A stretch of DNA of 64,000 nucleotides from the human T2T-CHM13v2.0 reference genome, Homo sapiens. Shown here piece after piece: positions 16,794 through 39,843 of this stretch (positions are counted from its first letter, which is position 1; every line of letters starts with the position of its first letter). The translations under genes and the position numbers were made by a program. Location: assembly GCF_009914755.1 (NCBI RefSeq), contig NC_060941.1. One strand, written 5' to 3'. The notes beneath the pieces were generated by a model, which saw nothing but the letters and a program-made list of their open reading frames with translations, ran no database searches and was not told where the DNA came from.

Positions 16794-17259
16794 TCCACAT
16801 TGGGAGGTCCAGCGGCTAGAGGTAGGATTGGTGCCCAGGTGTTGAAAGTGAGTTGGAGGCTGAGTTAGTGGTCACTTAAAACCAAAAGTAGTGCAAAGCT
16901 GTGCTCCCTGGTGCAAATTACTCTGTGTGCTTCTAGCTACTGCATAACTCCTGCAGTACCTGTGTTAAAAGTCCTTGGTCTGTGTTTCTGTAAAAAAACT
17001 GCCTAACATATTAGGCAGAAAACTTGCAGTGAAGAGGGCAGAGAAAAGGATAAAGTGACTTTGCAAACGAGACTCCAGCCCATTCACTGTAATGAACTAT
17101 TGTAAAAATGTGTCATTGCTGCTGAAATGTGTTACAAGTTTGAATTGTTTTGTTTTTTTTTTCTTTTTCCTGCCCCTTGCAGAGCAGGGCTATAGGCAGT
17201 GTGCCCAGAGTAGCTACATGTTTGGATTTTGAATGTGCATAAAGTGTTGGAAAATTCTT

Positions 17260-19400
17260 TTGGTGTCCAAAATTTTCACTCTATAATGATGTCTTGCTGA
17301 CTAGCAAGTTAAAGTCCTCATTCTTAGTGGCCTTGGCTGCCTGCCAGTGGGAGCAACCCCGACCCAGAAGCCCCAATAAAACTCAGGACCTCCTTGCCAA
17401 GTAAAGTATTTTAAAACAATGTAGGTGGATTTACAACACTGAATTTCTCTGGCAGTCAAGGAGAAAATTCTGTCTTTTACAAAGTAAGAAACTCTATGTT
17501 CCTGATACAGAACTTGTAACTCAGCAAAAGTTGGCCAAAGAAGGCCTATTTGTCTTTCTGTAATACAGGCTTTATTAGTTTCCTAAGGTGGTTGTAACAG
17601 GTTACTACAAAATGTGTGGCTGAAAACAATAGAAGTAAACTGAGCATTAGTGGTGCCCCACAGCAACATGAAAAAGTGGCCAGTCACACTCCGATGTGGC
17701 TACCCCAGATGCCGGTCTATGTTGGCGTCTTGGGCTTCCTGGGGGCTTTGGTACACGAGGTTCCTGAAGATGCCTGGGCCTGGCTCATGGATGGATCCAC
17801 TTACTTAATGAATGATGGAGTGTCCTGGACCACTACTGCTGGGCAGCCCCAAAGAAAACAGTTTCAAACAGTGCATGGGCAAGAGAATTCGGCTCAATGG
17901 GCAGAGTGGCAGGCTGTGGCACTTGTCCTTGTTAACATGACCCCACCCGGCCAATGTAGCCTGTTACCCCTACCCCCACTTCATGACCCATGTGAATGCC
18001 CCTCAGAAAGGACCCTTCAAGGATGAACATCAGTGAAATCAATGAAGTAATCAGATCTGCGCTGCCCAGGTGAGGACCATAGCTCCCTGGATACACCATC
18101 ACACATGTAATTCATGTACAATTCAGGACTGGGCCCCAAAACCAGGCCTAGTGGTTCCAGCACCTGAGGCCAAGAAAGCCTGGCAAACATGCCTGAAATG
18201 CCAGCCATATAGTTGAGTGGCAAAGTGAACTTCAGAGCATATAGCTAGGGGTACCGGATCCTGTTAGTCCTGGCGATGGACTACATAGACCTCTTCGTAA
18301 GAGTACTGCTGGGCGTTGACTGCAGCAGACACTGTGTCCATACCCTATAGAGGCTGTAGCAACCTGCCACAAACTTAGAGGCTTAGAGCAACATAAATGT
18401 ATTATCTTACAGTTCTGTAGTTCAGAAACACAAAATGAGTCTCTGCTGGGCTAAAATCAAGATGTTGGTAGGACTGCATTCCTTTCTGGAGGTCCTAGGA
18501 AGAAATCATTTTCTTGCCTTTTCAGATTTCTAGAGGCGGCTCACATTCCTTGGTGCCTGGTCCCCTTCTATCTCCAAAGCCAGCCGTGGTCAGTCCAGCC
18601 CTTCTTTTGTTTGTTTGTTTGTTTGTTTTGAGATGGAGTCTTGCTCTGACGCCTAGGCTAGAGTACAGTGGCATGATCTCGATCTCAGCTCACTGCAACC
18701 CTGCCCCCCAGGCTTCAGTGATTCTCCTGCCTCAGCCTCCCGAGTAGCTGGGATTACAGGTGCCCACCACCATGCCCAGCTAATTTTTATATTTTTAGTA
18801 GAGACAGGGTTTCGCCATTTGGCCAGGCTGGTCTCAAACTCCTGACCTCAAGTGATCTGCCCTCCTCAACCTCCCAAAGTGCTGGGATTACAGGCGTGAG
18901 CCACTGAGCCAGGCTGATCCAGCCTTTCTTCACTCTCTCCGATGCTGATTCTTCTGTCTCCTTCTTTCACTTATAAGAACCCTTGTGATCACATTGGGCC
19001 CAGCCAGGAAATCCAGGATAATTTCCTTGTCTCAAATTCAGCTGATTAGCAACCTTAACTACATCTATATCTCTAATGTCCCTTGCTATGTAACACAATA
19101 TATTCACAGGTTCCAGGGTTTAGTACCTGGACACCTTTGGGGGTCCATTATTTTGCCTACTCTAGATATCTCTTCAGGATCTGACACTACCATATCCATC
19201 TGCACAGTAGATGAGTGCCATACTATGCAAGGACTCTTAGATGGACTGTGTTACATTTTTGATCCCTTGAACATAGCCAATCAAACAATGGTGTCATCAG
19301 AGCAAAAAGTACCCAGCAGTGAGCAGCACCTGGGACATTCACTGGACCTTTCAGGCCCCATATCGTCCCCAGGCAGCAGGTGCCATTAAAAGATGGTATG
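17260..19400 (+). pseudogene. Decayed ERVL-class (class III) pol: RT, RNase H and integrase remnants
   Basis: Frameshifted motifs FHSI(D)DVLL, PNKTQ..QVKYF, VKEKIL, GLFVF; RNase H AWLMDGS...NSAQWAEWQAV (ORF 17616..18026); IN TCLKCQ, W-MDYI, LTAADT/DISSG. Confidence 0.7.
18333..19164 (-). mobile_element. MLT1 (MaLR) solo LTR containing an AluS (18604-18915, -)
   Basis: MLT1 motifs (ccacaaacttag...ttacagttctg; ggtccattattttgcctac); degenerate TSD gacac/gatat. Confidence 0.8.
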
Positions 19401-19451
19401 GATTCTTGAAAAAGGAAAAACTGGAATGGATGATTGGATAACCAAACTTCA

Positions 19452-19910
<459 letters not shown>

Positions 19911-21085
19911 TCACTCTACCTTTTCCCATCCACATCTACCCATGGGAGACTGGGCTCCTGGAATTTGCAAGTAACAAAGAAGATCTGGAGAGGGAGGTTG
20001 GCTACTCTAACCTCATGGTCCTTTTGTCGTACTCCCCTTCCCAGCTATGCTTCCTGGATTTGGGAAGCTATGAACATTGATGATAATAATCAATGAATAC
20101 AAAGTGACAACTCCTAAGGTGGTCCTAGCATAGTCCTGTGTGACCAGGGTTCTCTTTCTCTATTCCCCAAGCACCCCCATGGTAGACTGAGCCACTCCCA
20201 TCTTCCTCTGACTCCACTCAAATTTGATGTTGCATCCTGTCCTGGGCTGGACCAAACCTAATGGGATACAGTGGTCTAGCAATGGTATTTTCCTTTATGC
20301 AAAGCTAACTGATTTATATTAGATTAGGTTAAACCTAACAATCTTGGCCACCTGGGTGGTTCTCTGGATTCAATTAACTCAAAGGAATGCAGCCCTAATG
20401 AGGCTAAGCCAGGCAACTTGACAAAGCAGAGGGATTCAAGTGCTGTGGGCAGAGATTTGTGGGGCTAGATAGGCCTTCCTATTATTTCTAAACCCCACCA
20501 AGTGGGTCTTCTTCTGTTGCAACAAGGTATAAGGCCAGCCCCTGATAAAGTTGTAGAGAAGGCTCCCTTTGGGGTTCCCCTCGGTAAACCTAGCCCAGGG
20601 CTGAGTCATCACTCTCTTGGTAATGAGAGGCAAGGCCTCAGGTGTACAGATTTTACCACTAACCTTTCCACCTGGAAGCCTGACCCATGCTGGAATGCGA
20701 ACTGATTCTAGGTTCTGCACTACTCATTCCAATTGGCTGAACCGTGTGTCTATCTTTTCCTGACCAAGGCACAGACTACGTCTGTCCCACCCCGAAGGGA
20801 GAATGCAGGATAAGAGGGGCTCCACAGCAGAGTCCTGGCATCTCAGCAGTGGCAGGGGCAGACACGGCAGGGGGGTTTGAACAGATGCTCTTGCAGGAGG
20901 CTGGGAAGAACCAGGAGGTCGCAAATTCCCAGCAGCGATAGTTACCAGGGCAGGGTAAATCTACCTATGCCATCAAGGGCAAAGTTGAGCCTCAGAAAGG
21001 AAAAAGAATGCAATACAGCAGATTTCAGGGGAGTTGGGGTTGAGAGACAAACAAGAAAACTGGTCAAAGCTGGAACCCAGAGCAT

Positions 21086-21393
21086 TTTTTTTTGTTTTGT
21101 TTTTTTAGACAGAATTTTGCGTTTCACTCTTTCTGCCCAGGCCGGAGTGCAGTGACGCAATCTCGGCTCACTGCAACCTCCGCCTCTGGGTTCAAGTGAT
21201 TCTCCTGCCTCAGCCTCCTGAGTAGCTGGGATTACAGGAGCGTACCACCAAGCGTAGCTAAGTTTATATTTTTAGTAGAGATGGGGTTTCACCATGTTGG
21301 CCAGGCTGGTCTCAAACTGCTGACCTCAAGTGATCCACCTCTCTTGGCCTCCCAAAGTGTTGGGATTAGAGGCTTAAGCCACTGCACCTGGCT
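21086..21393 (-). mobile_element. AluS
   Basis: Full reverse dimer. Confidence 0.88.
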
Positions 21394-21448
21394 GAGCTCT
21401 TTTTCCTAACCCAGAGAAGTCAGGAAAGAGAGGGGACTCAGAATGGCT

Positions 21449-21745
21449 TATTTATTTATTTTGAGACAGAGTTGTGTTATCTCGCCCGGGCTGGAGTACA
21501 GTGGTGCAATCCTAGGTCCTTGCAGCCTCGAACTCCTGGGCTCAGGCTATCCTACCATCTCAGCCTCCTGAGTAGCGGGGACTACAGGCTTGTGCCACCA
21601 TGTCCGCTTACTTAAAAAAAATTGTTTGTAGAGATGGGTCTCACTATGTTGACCAGACTGCTCTTGAACTCCTGGGCTCAAGTGACCTTCCCGCTTCAGC
21701 CTCCCAAAGTGCTGGGATTACAGGCATGAGCCACCGTGCCTGGCC
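21449..21745 (-). mobile_element. AluJ (parent copy of the duplication)
   Basis: Reverse dimer; gaatggctt on both sides. Confidence 0.88.
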
Positions 21746-22175
21746 GTTGGAATGGCTTTAGATACTACTTTTACCCTCCAGGAATCATGGCCTTGCTCAG
21801 AGGATCCTTGTTTTCTGGATATCACCTGGGGGTGAAATTATACCTCCTTAAGCAAACACCTACTTATCTGCCTTTTCTTCCCCCGCCCCCCTTGCTCAGA
21901 TGGCTTTTGTGGCTGGTTTGCTACTTGTCTGAAGCCAAAATTCTAACCCAGTTCCAAGCCATCACTTGAAATGAGGTTCCAGAAACTCTCCAAACAGCTG
22001 TCTGCTGTGCACTAAGGATGGGCTGGAGGGGGAAGCCTCTGACAAGAGCATTTAGTTAAATACTAAGCCCCCTAGCCTGTGAGAGCATCTGCAGGCTTCT
22101 CCTAAGCCAGAGCCCAGGCCATGCCCAAGGGGATAGGCCCCTCACGGGGAGGAGAGAAGTTTTCTGGTTGTAATG

Positions 22176-22476
<301 letters not shown>

Positions 22477-22493
22477 TGATGACTCAGAATGGC

Positions 22494-23037
<544 letters not shown>

Positions 23038-23573
23038 CTCTCATGGGGAAGAGAGAAAAAGTTTTCTGGTTGTAATGTTCCAGTAGAACAGGGTGAAACC
23101 TTCTGAGGGAGAGTCAGAGCTGGTGATGTTGCCCTTAGGATGGGGGAAAACAGAGAAGGCCTATGATGACTCCATCCTTGACATTGGGGTTTGAGGGTTG
23201 AGAGTGGGTCCCATAACCAGCACCAGGCAGGTTCCTGGGGAACTACTGAGCTTAGATAATGATACTCTGTTTCCAGCTCCATTTTTCCCCTTTTCTGGTT
23301 CTGGATGAAATTGACAACTGTCTAATTCTCCTCCACTTGGATTCCTGGAGTCCAAAGCAGTTCTGTGAGACCCCTAGGTTTGGGCTTGATCTTGCTCCTT
23401 CATATTACAGCTGGCTTCCTGCCTAACTCTGCACTAACCTGGGTTTGCAATTACTCAGACTTTCCCTGGGCAGAATGTAGGAGTCATACAGGAAAATGGC
23501 TGTTCACTTTACAAGATACAGATATTAATACTGAAGTCCCAGAATTGTTTTGACAATTAGGAAAACAAACACC

Positions 23574-23913
<340 letters not shown>

Positions 23914-24007
23914 TCATCAATTGTAAGATGCAGCATGCAGCATTATTTTATACATCATCATGAAAGGAAAATGTTGTCCTCACTGATTCTCTCTCTCTCT
24001 CTCTTAT

Positions 24008-25700
<1,693 letters not shown>

Positions 25701-25843
25701 TTTTGCCATTGCTTCCAGTCACTTAGACATTTTATTTTATTGAAAGAGCCTTTTTAGATTTATTTAGACATTGTTTTATCCGTTATATGTTACTCTTATG
25801 CATACGTAACAATGAAAATACATGCAACTTTTCACCTAATGCT

Positions 25844-26850
<1,007 letters not shown>

Positions 26851-26930
26851 TGGTTTCTTCTTTATTAGCGGGAATATTTTTTTTTCTTTTTTGTATTAGC
26901 AGAAGTATTTCTATAATAAAAACTTTTCCT

Positions 26931-27250
26931 GGCCGGGCACAGTGGCTCATGCCTGTAATCCTAGTGCTTTGGGAGGCCAAGGCAGGAGGATCACTTGGGG
27001 CCTGGAGTTTGAGAGCAGCCTGGGCAACACAGTAAGACCTTGTCTCTACAGAAAGCTTTTAAAAATTATCCACGTGTGGTGGCACATGCCTATAGTCCTA
27101 GCTACTTGGGAGGTGGAGAGGGGAGGATCCCTTGAGCCCAGGAGTTGGGGGGTGCAGTGAGCTATGACTGCACCGCTGCACTCCAGACTGGGTGACAGAG
27201 CAAAACCCTGTCTCTAAAACACACACACACACACACACATGCACATGCAC
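26931..27250 (+). mobile_element. AluJ with (CA)n tail
   Basis: Alu dimer followed by CA repeat. Confidence 0.88.
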
Positions 27251-27271
27251 ACATGCACCCCTTTTCCTCAC

Positions 27272-27405
27272 TGATAAATAGTTTGGATATACCCTTCAAA
27301 TCTCATGTTGAAATGAAATCCTTACTGTTGCAGGTGGGGCTATTGGAAGGTGTTTGGATCATGGGGGCGTATCTCTCATGAATGGTTTAGCGCCATCCCA
27401 TTGGT
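27272..27405 (+). mobile_element. MST (MaLR) LTR 5' fragment fused to a partial Alu (27406-27586, -)
   Basis: tgata..agtttggata...aaatctcatgttgaaatg...ggatcatgggggcg, then an abrupt switch to mid-Alu sequence. Confidence 0.8.
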
Positions 27406-27586
27406 GCTCCTGAGTAGCTGGCATTACAGGTGTGCGCCACCACGCCCAGCTAATTTTTGTATTTTTAGTAGAGATGGGGTTTTGTCATATCGGCCAGGCT
27501 GGTCTCGAACTCCTGACCTCAGGTGATCCACCCACCTTGGCCTTCCAAAGTGCTGAGACTACAGGCATGAGCTGCCGTTCCCGGCC

Positions 27587-29751
<2,165 letters not shown>

Positions 29752-29875
29752 TGTTATCGGAAAGGGATCCTGATCCAGACCCCAAGAGAGAGTTCTTGGA
29801 TCTTGTGCAAGAAAGAATTTGGGGCAAGTCCATAGAGTAAAATGAAAGAAAGTTTATTAAGAAAGTAAAGGAATA

Positions 29876-29954
29876 GGCTGGTCTGCCTATGGAGTAGCCA
29901 GTCTTTATTCCTTTACTTTCTTAATAAACTTGCTTTCACTTAAAAAAAAAAAAA
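29876..29954 (+). mobile_element. Polyadenylated MER41 3'-end retrocopy inserted antisense inside the MER41 LTR
   Basis: 66 nt of MER41 sense sequence with AATAAA 29923-29928, A13 tail, 17-bp TSD aag(a/c)aagtaaaggaata (29859-29875 / 29953-29969). Confidence 0.85.
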
Positions 29955-30098
29955 GCAAGTAAAGGAATAAAGAATAGCCACTCCATAGGCAGAGCAGCAG
30001 CTTGGGCTGCTTGACTGATAATACTTATAGTTACTTTTTGATTATATGCTAAACAAGGGGCAGATTATTCATGAGTTTTCCAGGAGAGAGGTGGACAG

Positions 30099-30107
30099 TT
30101 CCTGGAA
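30099..30107. promoter_or_regulatory. STAT (GAS) motif in MER41
   Basis: TTCCTGGAA intact; partner motif 30078-30086 is TTCCAGGAG (one mismatch). Confidence 0.55.
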
Positions 30108-30938
30108 CTGAGGGTTCCTCCCTCTTTTAGACCATATAGGGTAACTTCCTGATGTTGCCATGGCATCTGTAAACTGTCATGGCACTGGTGGGAGTGTCTT
30201 TTAGCATGCTAATACATTATAATTAGTGTATAATGAGCAATGAAGACAACCAAAAGTCACTTTTGTTGCCATCTTGGTTTCGGCTGGCTTTTTTACTGCA
30301 TCCTGTTTTATCAGCAATGTCTTCGTGACCTGTTCCTTGTGCTGACCTCCTACCTCATCCTGTGACTAAGAATGCCCTAACCTCCTGGGAATGCAACCCA
30401 GTCGGTCTCAGCCTTATTTTACCCAGCACTTATTCAAGATGGAGTCGCTCTGGTTCAAACAACTCTGACAGTTAGATGGAGGAAAGGATTCATGAGACTC
30501 CATGCAGTACACTTATGTTAGCAGTAATAATGCCAAAGGATGCAATATAGCAGCAGAAAGAGCCAAGGCAAACATCAAGGGAGTCCATGACATCCAGGCA
30601 CGGCTTCCGCATCCTTTCTGAGTCACCAGATGTGTTTTCTTTTGGGATCAGAAACCACTAAGATATGTGCAAGATATCTTGGTTTTGCAGACAAACATGA
30701 TGACAGTAAACTCCGACTGTGCTGTTCCAAGACAAAAAGGCCAGGGGATGCAGGGCAATGAAGACAAACTGAGACCTCAGCCTTTGGCTGGGCAAGAATA
30801 GTTCATTTAATTTCTTCATTCACTGAATGCCTACTATGTTCCAGGCCTGGTGTTGGTATGGGGGAAATAGAATGAACAAAATAAGTGAGATCTCTACTCT
30901 CATGATGCTTACATTCTTCAGGGAGTAGGAGGTGGTGA

Positions 30939-31594
30939 TGATAGTGGCAGGAGGCAGGCAAATACCAAGCAGATAGAGGAGGGTCCCCAGTGAAACCCCA
31001 CCTTCAAGCTGAAGACAGTTTAAAATCTAGCTATAAGTCTCAGGTAAATCCACGGACTAAATTGAGAACCTGTCTTCCCATTTGGTGCACTTTCCTCTGA
31101 TTGATCCCCACACTTCACCAGTTTTACATATGCCAACCCTTTCCTAATTGGTTTTCTACACTGCCGTGCCCACCTCTGAGTGATGCCTTTGCTTTAGCTT
31201 TTCTTTACATACTCAGAAACCAATCAGCACACACTCCCCTATTCTGAGCCATAAAAGCCCCAAACTCAGCCACACTGACAGAAAGAAACTACCGCACTGC
31301 GAGAGTGGAAGACCACTCTCCACATCCCCTCTTCCCTGAGAGCTGTTCCATTGCTCAATAAAATTGTTCTCTGCCCATCCTCATCCTTCAATTGTCAGCA
31401 TATCCTCATTCTTCCTGGATGCAGGACAAGAGCTCAAGAACCACCGAATGCGGGTACAAACTATAGCACAGGTGGGCTGAGTTGGTGAGGCACCTCCAGC
31501 GGCAGTCCTGGGACTGAGCGAGGCCTGGGCATGTGGGTGTCCCCAGCCACGGAGGACCCCTGTTGGCAAAGTGGCTGAGAAAAATCCTGCATCA
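30939..31594 (+). mobile_element. ERV1 solo LTR (LTR27/MER61-like; subfamily uncertain)
   Basis: TG...CA ends, CCAAT, cataaaa box, AATAAA ~31357; 4-bp TSD gtga/gtga. Confidence 0.8.
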
Positions 31595-31604
31595 GTGAGG
31601 CAAC

Positions 31605-32095
31605 TGTAGGGGTCAAGAGAAACTTCCCATTGCCTTCTGAAGGTTTGCTGAAAAAGAAACTCACAAAAGGCAGATTAATGGGAGACAAAGGCATACAAAT
31701 TTTATTAACACGTACATGGGGAGAACCACAGAGTGATTATCTACCCTGCAACGGGATTCAGAAGCTTATACACCATGCTGGCAAAACAGGTTAGGGGGTC
31801 AGGGGAGAGGAATTCTGTTGAGGGACAGTAAAGGATAGGGAGAATGAATGGGTTCGGGAACAGAGATTCACTTGTAAACAGTTCTCTTTGTCAGCGAAAG
31901 GATCTGTTCAGGTATGGTTACATTCTTGGTCTTACAGGGAGGGGAAATAAAAACAATTGTTCTTTTCGGTGGGTCTGGATCTTAGGCAGATAAACGAGAT
32001 AGTGTCGGTGGGGAGAGATTGTCAGACAATGAGGCTTCTTCAGTTCAGTATGTCAAAGTACCATATTTTGGGGTATCAGCTTCTGAGCCTCAACA
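31605..32095 (-). mobile_element. ERV1 solo LTR (MER31/MER67-like; subfamily uncertain)
   Basis: TG...CA ends; minus strand starts tgttgaggctcagaagctgataccccaaaatatgg. Confidence 0.7.
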
Positions 32096-32103
32096 ACCTG
32101 AAG

Positions 32104-33117
<1,014 letters not shown>

Positions 33118-33170
33118 GAAGGATGTGGTGGAGTGGAAGCCAAAAGAAGAACTGGTTCCTAGAAGGAGGA

Positions 33171-33580
33171 TGCGTTAGTCTGTTTTGTGTCACTATAGAG
33201 GAATACCTGAGGCTGGGTAATTTATAAAGAAAAGAGGTTTAATTGGCTCACGGTTCTGCAGGCCATAGAGGAAGCATGATGCTGGCATCTGCTCAGTCTC
33301 TGGTGAGGTCTCAGGGAGCTTTTACTCATGGCGAAAGGCAAAGCAGGAGCAAGCCTGTCACACGGCGAGACAGAAAGCAAGGGCAGGGTGGTCTATCCTT
33401 TCAAACAACCAGATGTCACGTGGACTCAGAGAACCCATTCATTACCGAGAGGAGGGTGCCAAGCCATTCATGAGGGATCCGCCCAATGACCCAAACACCT
33501 CCCACAAGGCCCCACCTCCACCACTGAGGATTACATTTCAACATGAGATTTGGAGGGAACAAAACATTCAAACCAAATCA
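33171..33580 (-). mobile_element. MST (MaLR) solo LTR
   Basis: ttagtctgttt...gggtaatttataaagaaaagaggtttaattggctcac...catgagatttgg. Confidence 0.88.
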
Positions 33581-33645
33581 GAGAGAGAAGTCAACTGTGC
33601 TAAAATCTTCCAAGAAAGCAAATAGTATGAACACAGAGAGGTGAC

Positions 33646-34851
<1,206 letters not shown>

Positions 34852-35129
34852 TGAACATTGCATTTAGCAACACGAAGTTCTCAGTGGAGTATTTATCCCT
34901 GAGTGTTCTTCTTGTCACCTTCCTCGATATTCACAAAGTCCTTCCTTTTTCATCCTCCTCCTTGGGCACTGTGGAAGAGGACACTGGAACATGTGCCCTC
35001 TGTGTTGGCTGAGAAGCATTTTTAGCCTCTTTCTGTCCATAGAAAGTTGGGGACATAGAAATTATTTTACATCTTGTCTCCTTCAGTCTAAGTTGGGGGC
35101 ACTTTGCCAAAATAGCTTTCTTGAACTGA

Positions 35130-35465
<336 letters not shown>

Positions 35466-35718
35466 GAACTGAATATTTTCTGTGTATTTGATTTCAGACA
35501 ACTTCATGGGCCAAAAGCCATGTCCACAATTCTCTCATGGTTTCCTCTCTAGACTTAATATCAGATACTAAATAATAGGCATATCAGGCTTCTGTGGGAC
35601 CACACAGTTCATTCTAGGAACGCTTTTGTCTAGCTGAATGGCACCACCTTAATCCTTACATAGATCTTCAAAATGGGATGCAATAATCACACCCTGATTT
35701 AGTCTTTGCCTAAAGCCA

Positions 35719-36536
<818 letters not shown>

Positions 36537-36882
36537 TGCATCTGGGTGTTTTTTGAGGCTATAGTTTGATGGCCATGCCTTTCATATGCTAGGAAACAGT
36601 TGTACTTTTAATTTAATTTCAATTTTAATTTCAAATTAAACAATTTTAATTTCTGCACTGTCCATATTTCCTCTTGATTGTTTGCAAACTGGCCAGTTAT
36701 TTTATAAGCTCATCTCTTTCTTGAGATGTGAGTCTGCAATTTTACCAAAGGTTTTGCCAGGCAGCAGTTAGACCAAGTGTCTTGCTATATAGTAGTTCAC
36801 CATTTTCCCACCACTCTCTATATCTTTGCTACTTATTGCCTGCTTGTTCTCAAGGGCATTATTGTGTATTTTAGGTTTTCAT

Positions 36883-37450
<568 letters not shown>

Positions 37451-37451
37451 T

Positions 37452-37953
<502 letters not shown>

Positions 37954-37990
37954 CTATGAATAAAGTCAGACATTCACTTGCAATGATTGA

Positions 37991-38348
<358 letters not shown>

Positions 38349-38453
38349 AGAAGGGCCTTTCAACAAGCCCAGATTTGGCATGTGCCTGGGGTCTAGTGTA
38401 ACTTCAGCTTGAGTTCGTGTAGACTCTGCCCTTCCAGCAACATCCTCAATGCC

Positions 38454-38786
38454 TGATATGGTTTGGCTGTGTCCCCACCCAAATCTCATCTTGAATTGTA
38501 ATCCATAATCCCCCCATGTTGTGGGAGGGACCTGGTGGGAGATAATTGAATCATGGGGATGGTTTCCCCATGCTGTTTTCGTGATAGTGAGTAAGTCTCA
38601 GGGGATCTGATGTTTTTATAAGTGCCTGGCATTTCCCCTGCTGGCACTCATTCTATTTCTTGCTCCTTGTAAGTTTTTTGAGGACTCCCCAGCCATGTGG
38701 AACTGTGAGTCAATTAAACCTCTTTTCTTTATAAATTATCCAGTCTCAGGTATTTCTTCATAGCAGTGTGAGAACGGACTAATACA
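38454..38786 (+). mobile_element. THE1/MSTA solo LTR
   Basis: tgatatggtttggctgtgtcccc...ggactaataca; 5-bp TSD atgcc/atgcc. Confidence 0.9.
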
Positions 38787-39317
38787 ATGCCTTCTTCTCT
38801 CACCCTTATATTCTCTGCTGGGTCATCCTGGGTATATGCATTTCACAAAGGGTGAGGATTTTAAAAAACCCATTTTAACGTATTTCCATGTCATCCTGAT
38901 AGCTTCTCTAGGGTCACTGAAAATCTTTGCTGACATTCTAGAACATATGATACAGGGCAGAAGCCAGAAGCCACTGATCATTTTGACCAGCGACCAAAAA
39001 CTTTTGGCTTTTATCCTTCAGCATCTGACATATACCAACACAGTCCACATGGATCATAGGGTGATTATGGGTGAGATCTTGTCCTTGGATTGCAAAATGC
39101 TTAGGGCATCAGAAAACACTTCTGGTGTTCTCTCAAAGTCCTCCTCCTCCAGGAAGCCTACCTGCATTTAAGTGGGATGAGGGAAGGTTCTCCATGTTAC
39201 CTTGTTTCTTTTCTGAAATACTGTACCTGATACTACTCCACCTTGCAGCTGGCACCTATCAGTGAAAGAATGAAAAGTATGATTGGAGAGGACAGAGATA
39301 GTTTAGGATTATCTCTG

Positions 39318-39843
39318 TGGTGGGAGGATCACTTGAGCCCAGGAGTTCGAGACCATCCCGGGTGTGGTGATGCACGCCTGTAGTCCCAGATACTCAGGAG
39401 GCTGACCTAAGAGGACTGCTTGAGCCTGGGAGGTTGAGGCAGCAGTGAGCCCCATTTGTGCCACTGCACTCCAGCCGGAGCAACAGAGCAAGACCCTGTC
39501 TCAAAACAAATAGGCAAAAAGGTTTTTTTGATCATTCACTGTGAAAGAGCATAATGGGAGACAGGCTGAGATTCACAGAGACTTTGTCCTTTGTGTCAAT
39601 AAACCCCAGATCAATTATAAATGATCCTAGGCTAATAAAGAACTTCCTCTAATCTCTTTGACTCCCTGTTTAATCAGTGAGTTTTTCAAGTCTCTATTCA
39701 CTCTCCCAGGGTTTTTTTTTTTTTTTTTTTAAATAGATCTCCCTATGTTGCCCAGGCTGGTCTCAAACTCCTGGGCTCAAGCAGTTGTCCTGACTCAGCC
39801 CCGCAAAGTGCAGGGATTACAAGTGTGAGCCATCACACCCAGA
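39318..39843. mobile_element. Alu fragments (39318-39510 +; FLAM-like 39711-39843 -)
   Basis: Partial Alu monomers. Confidence 0.8.

Larger units (their letters stand above)
29752..30470 (-). mobile_element. MER41 (MER41B-like) LTR, the 5' LTR of the truncated provirus
   Basis: Minus strand begins tgtcagagttgtttgaaccagagcgactccatcttgaata and ends cttggggtctggatcaggatccctttccgataaca. Confidence 0.9.
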
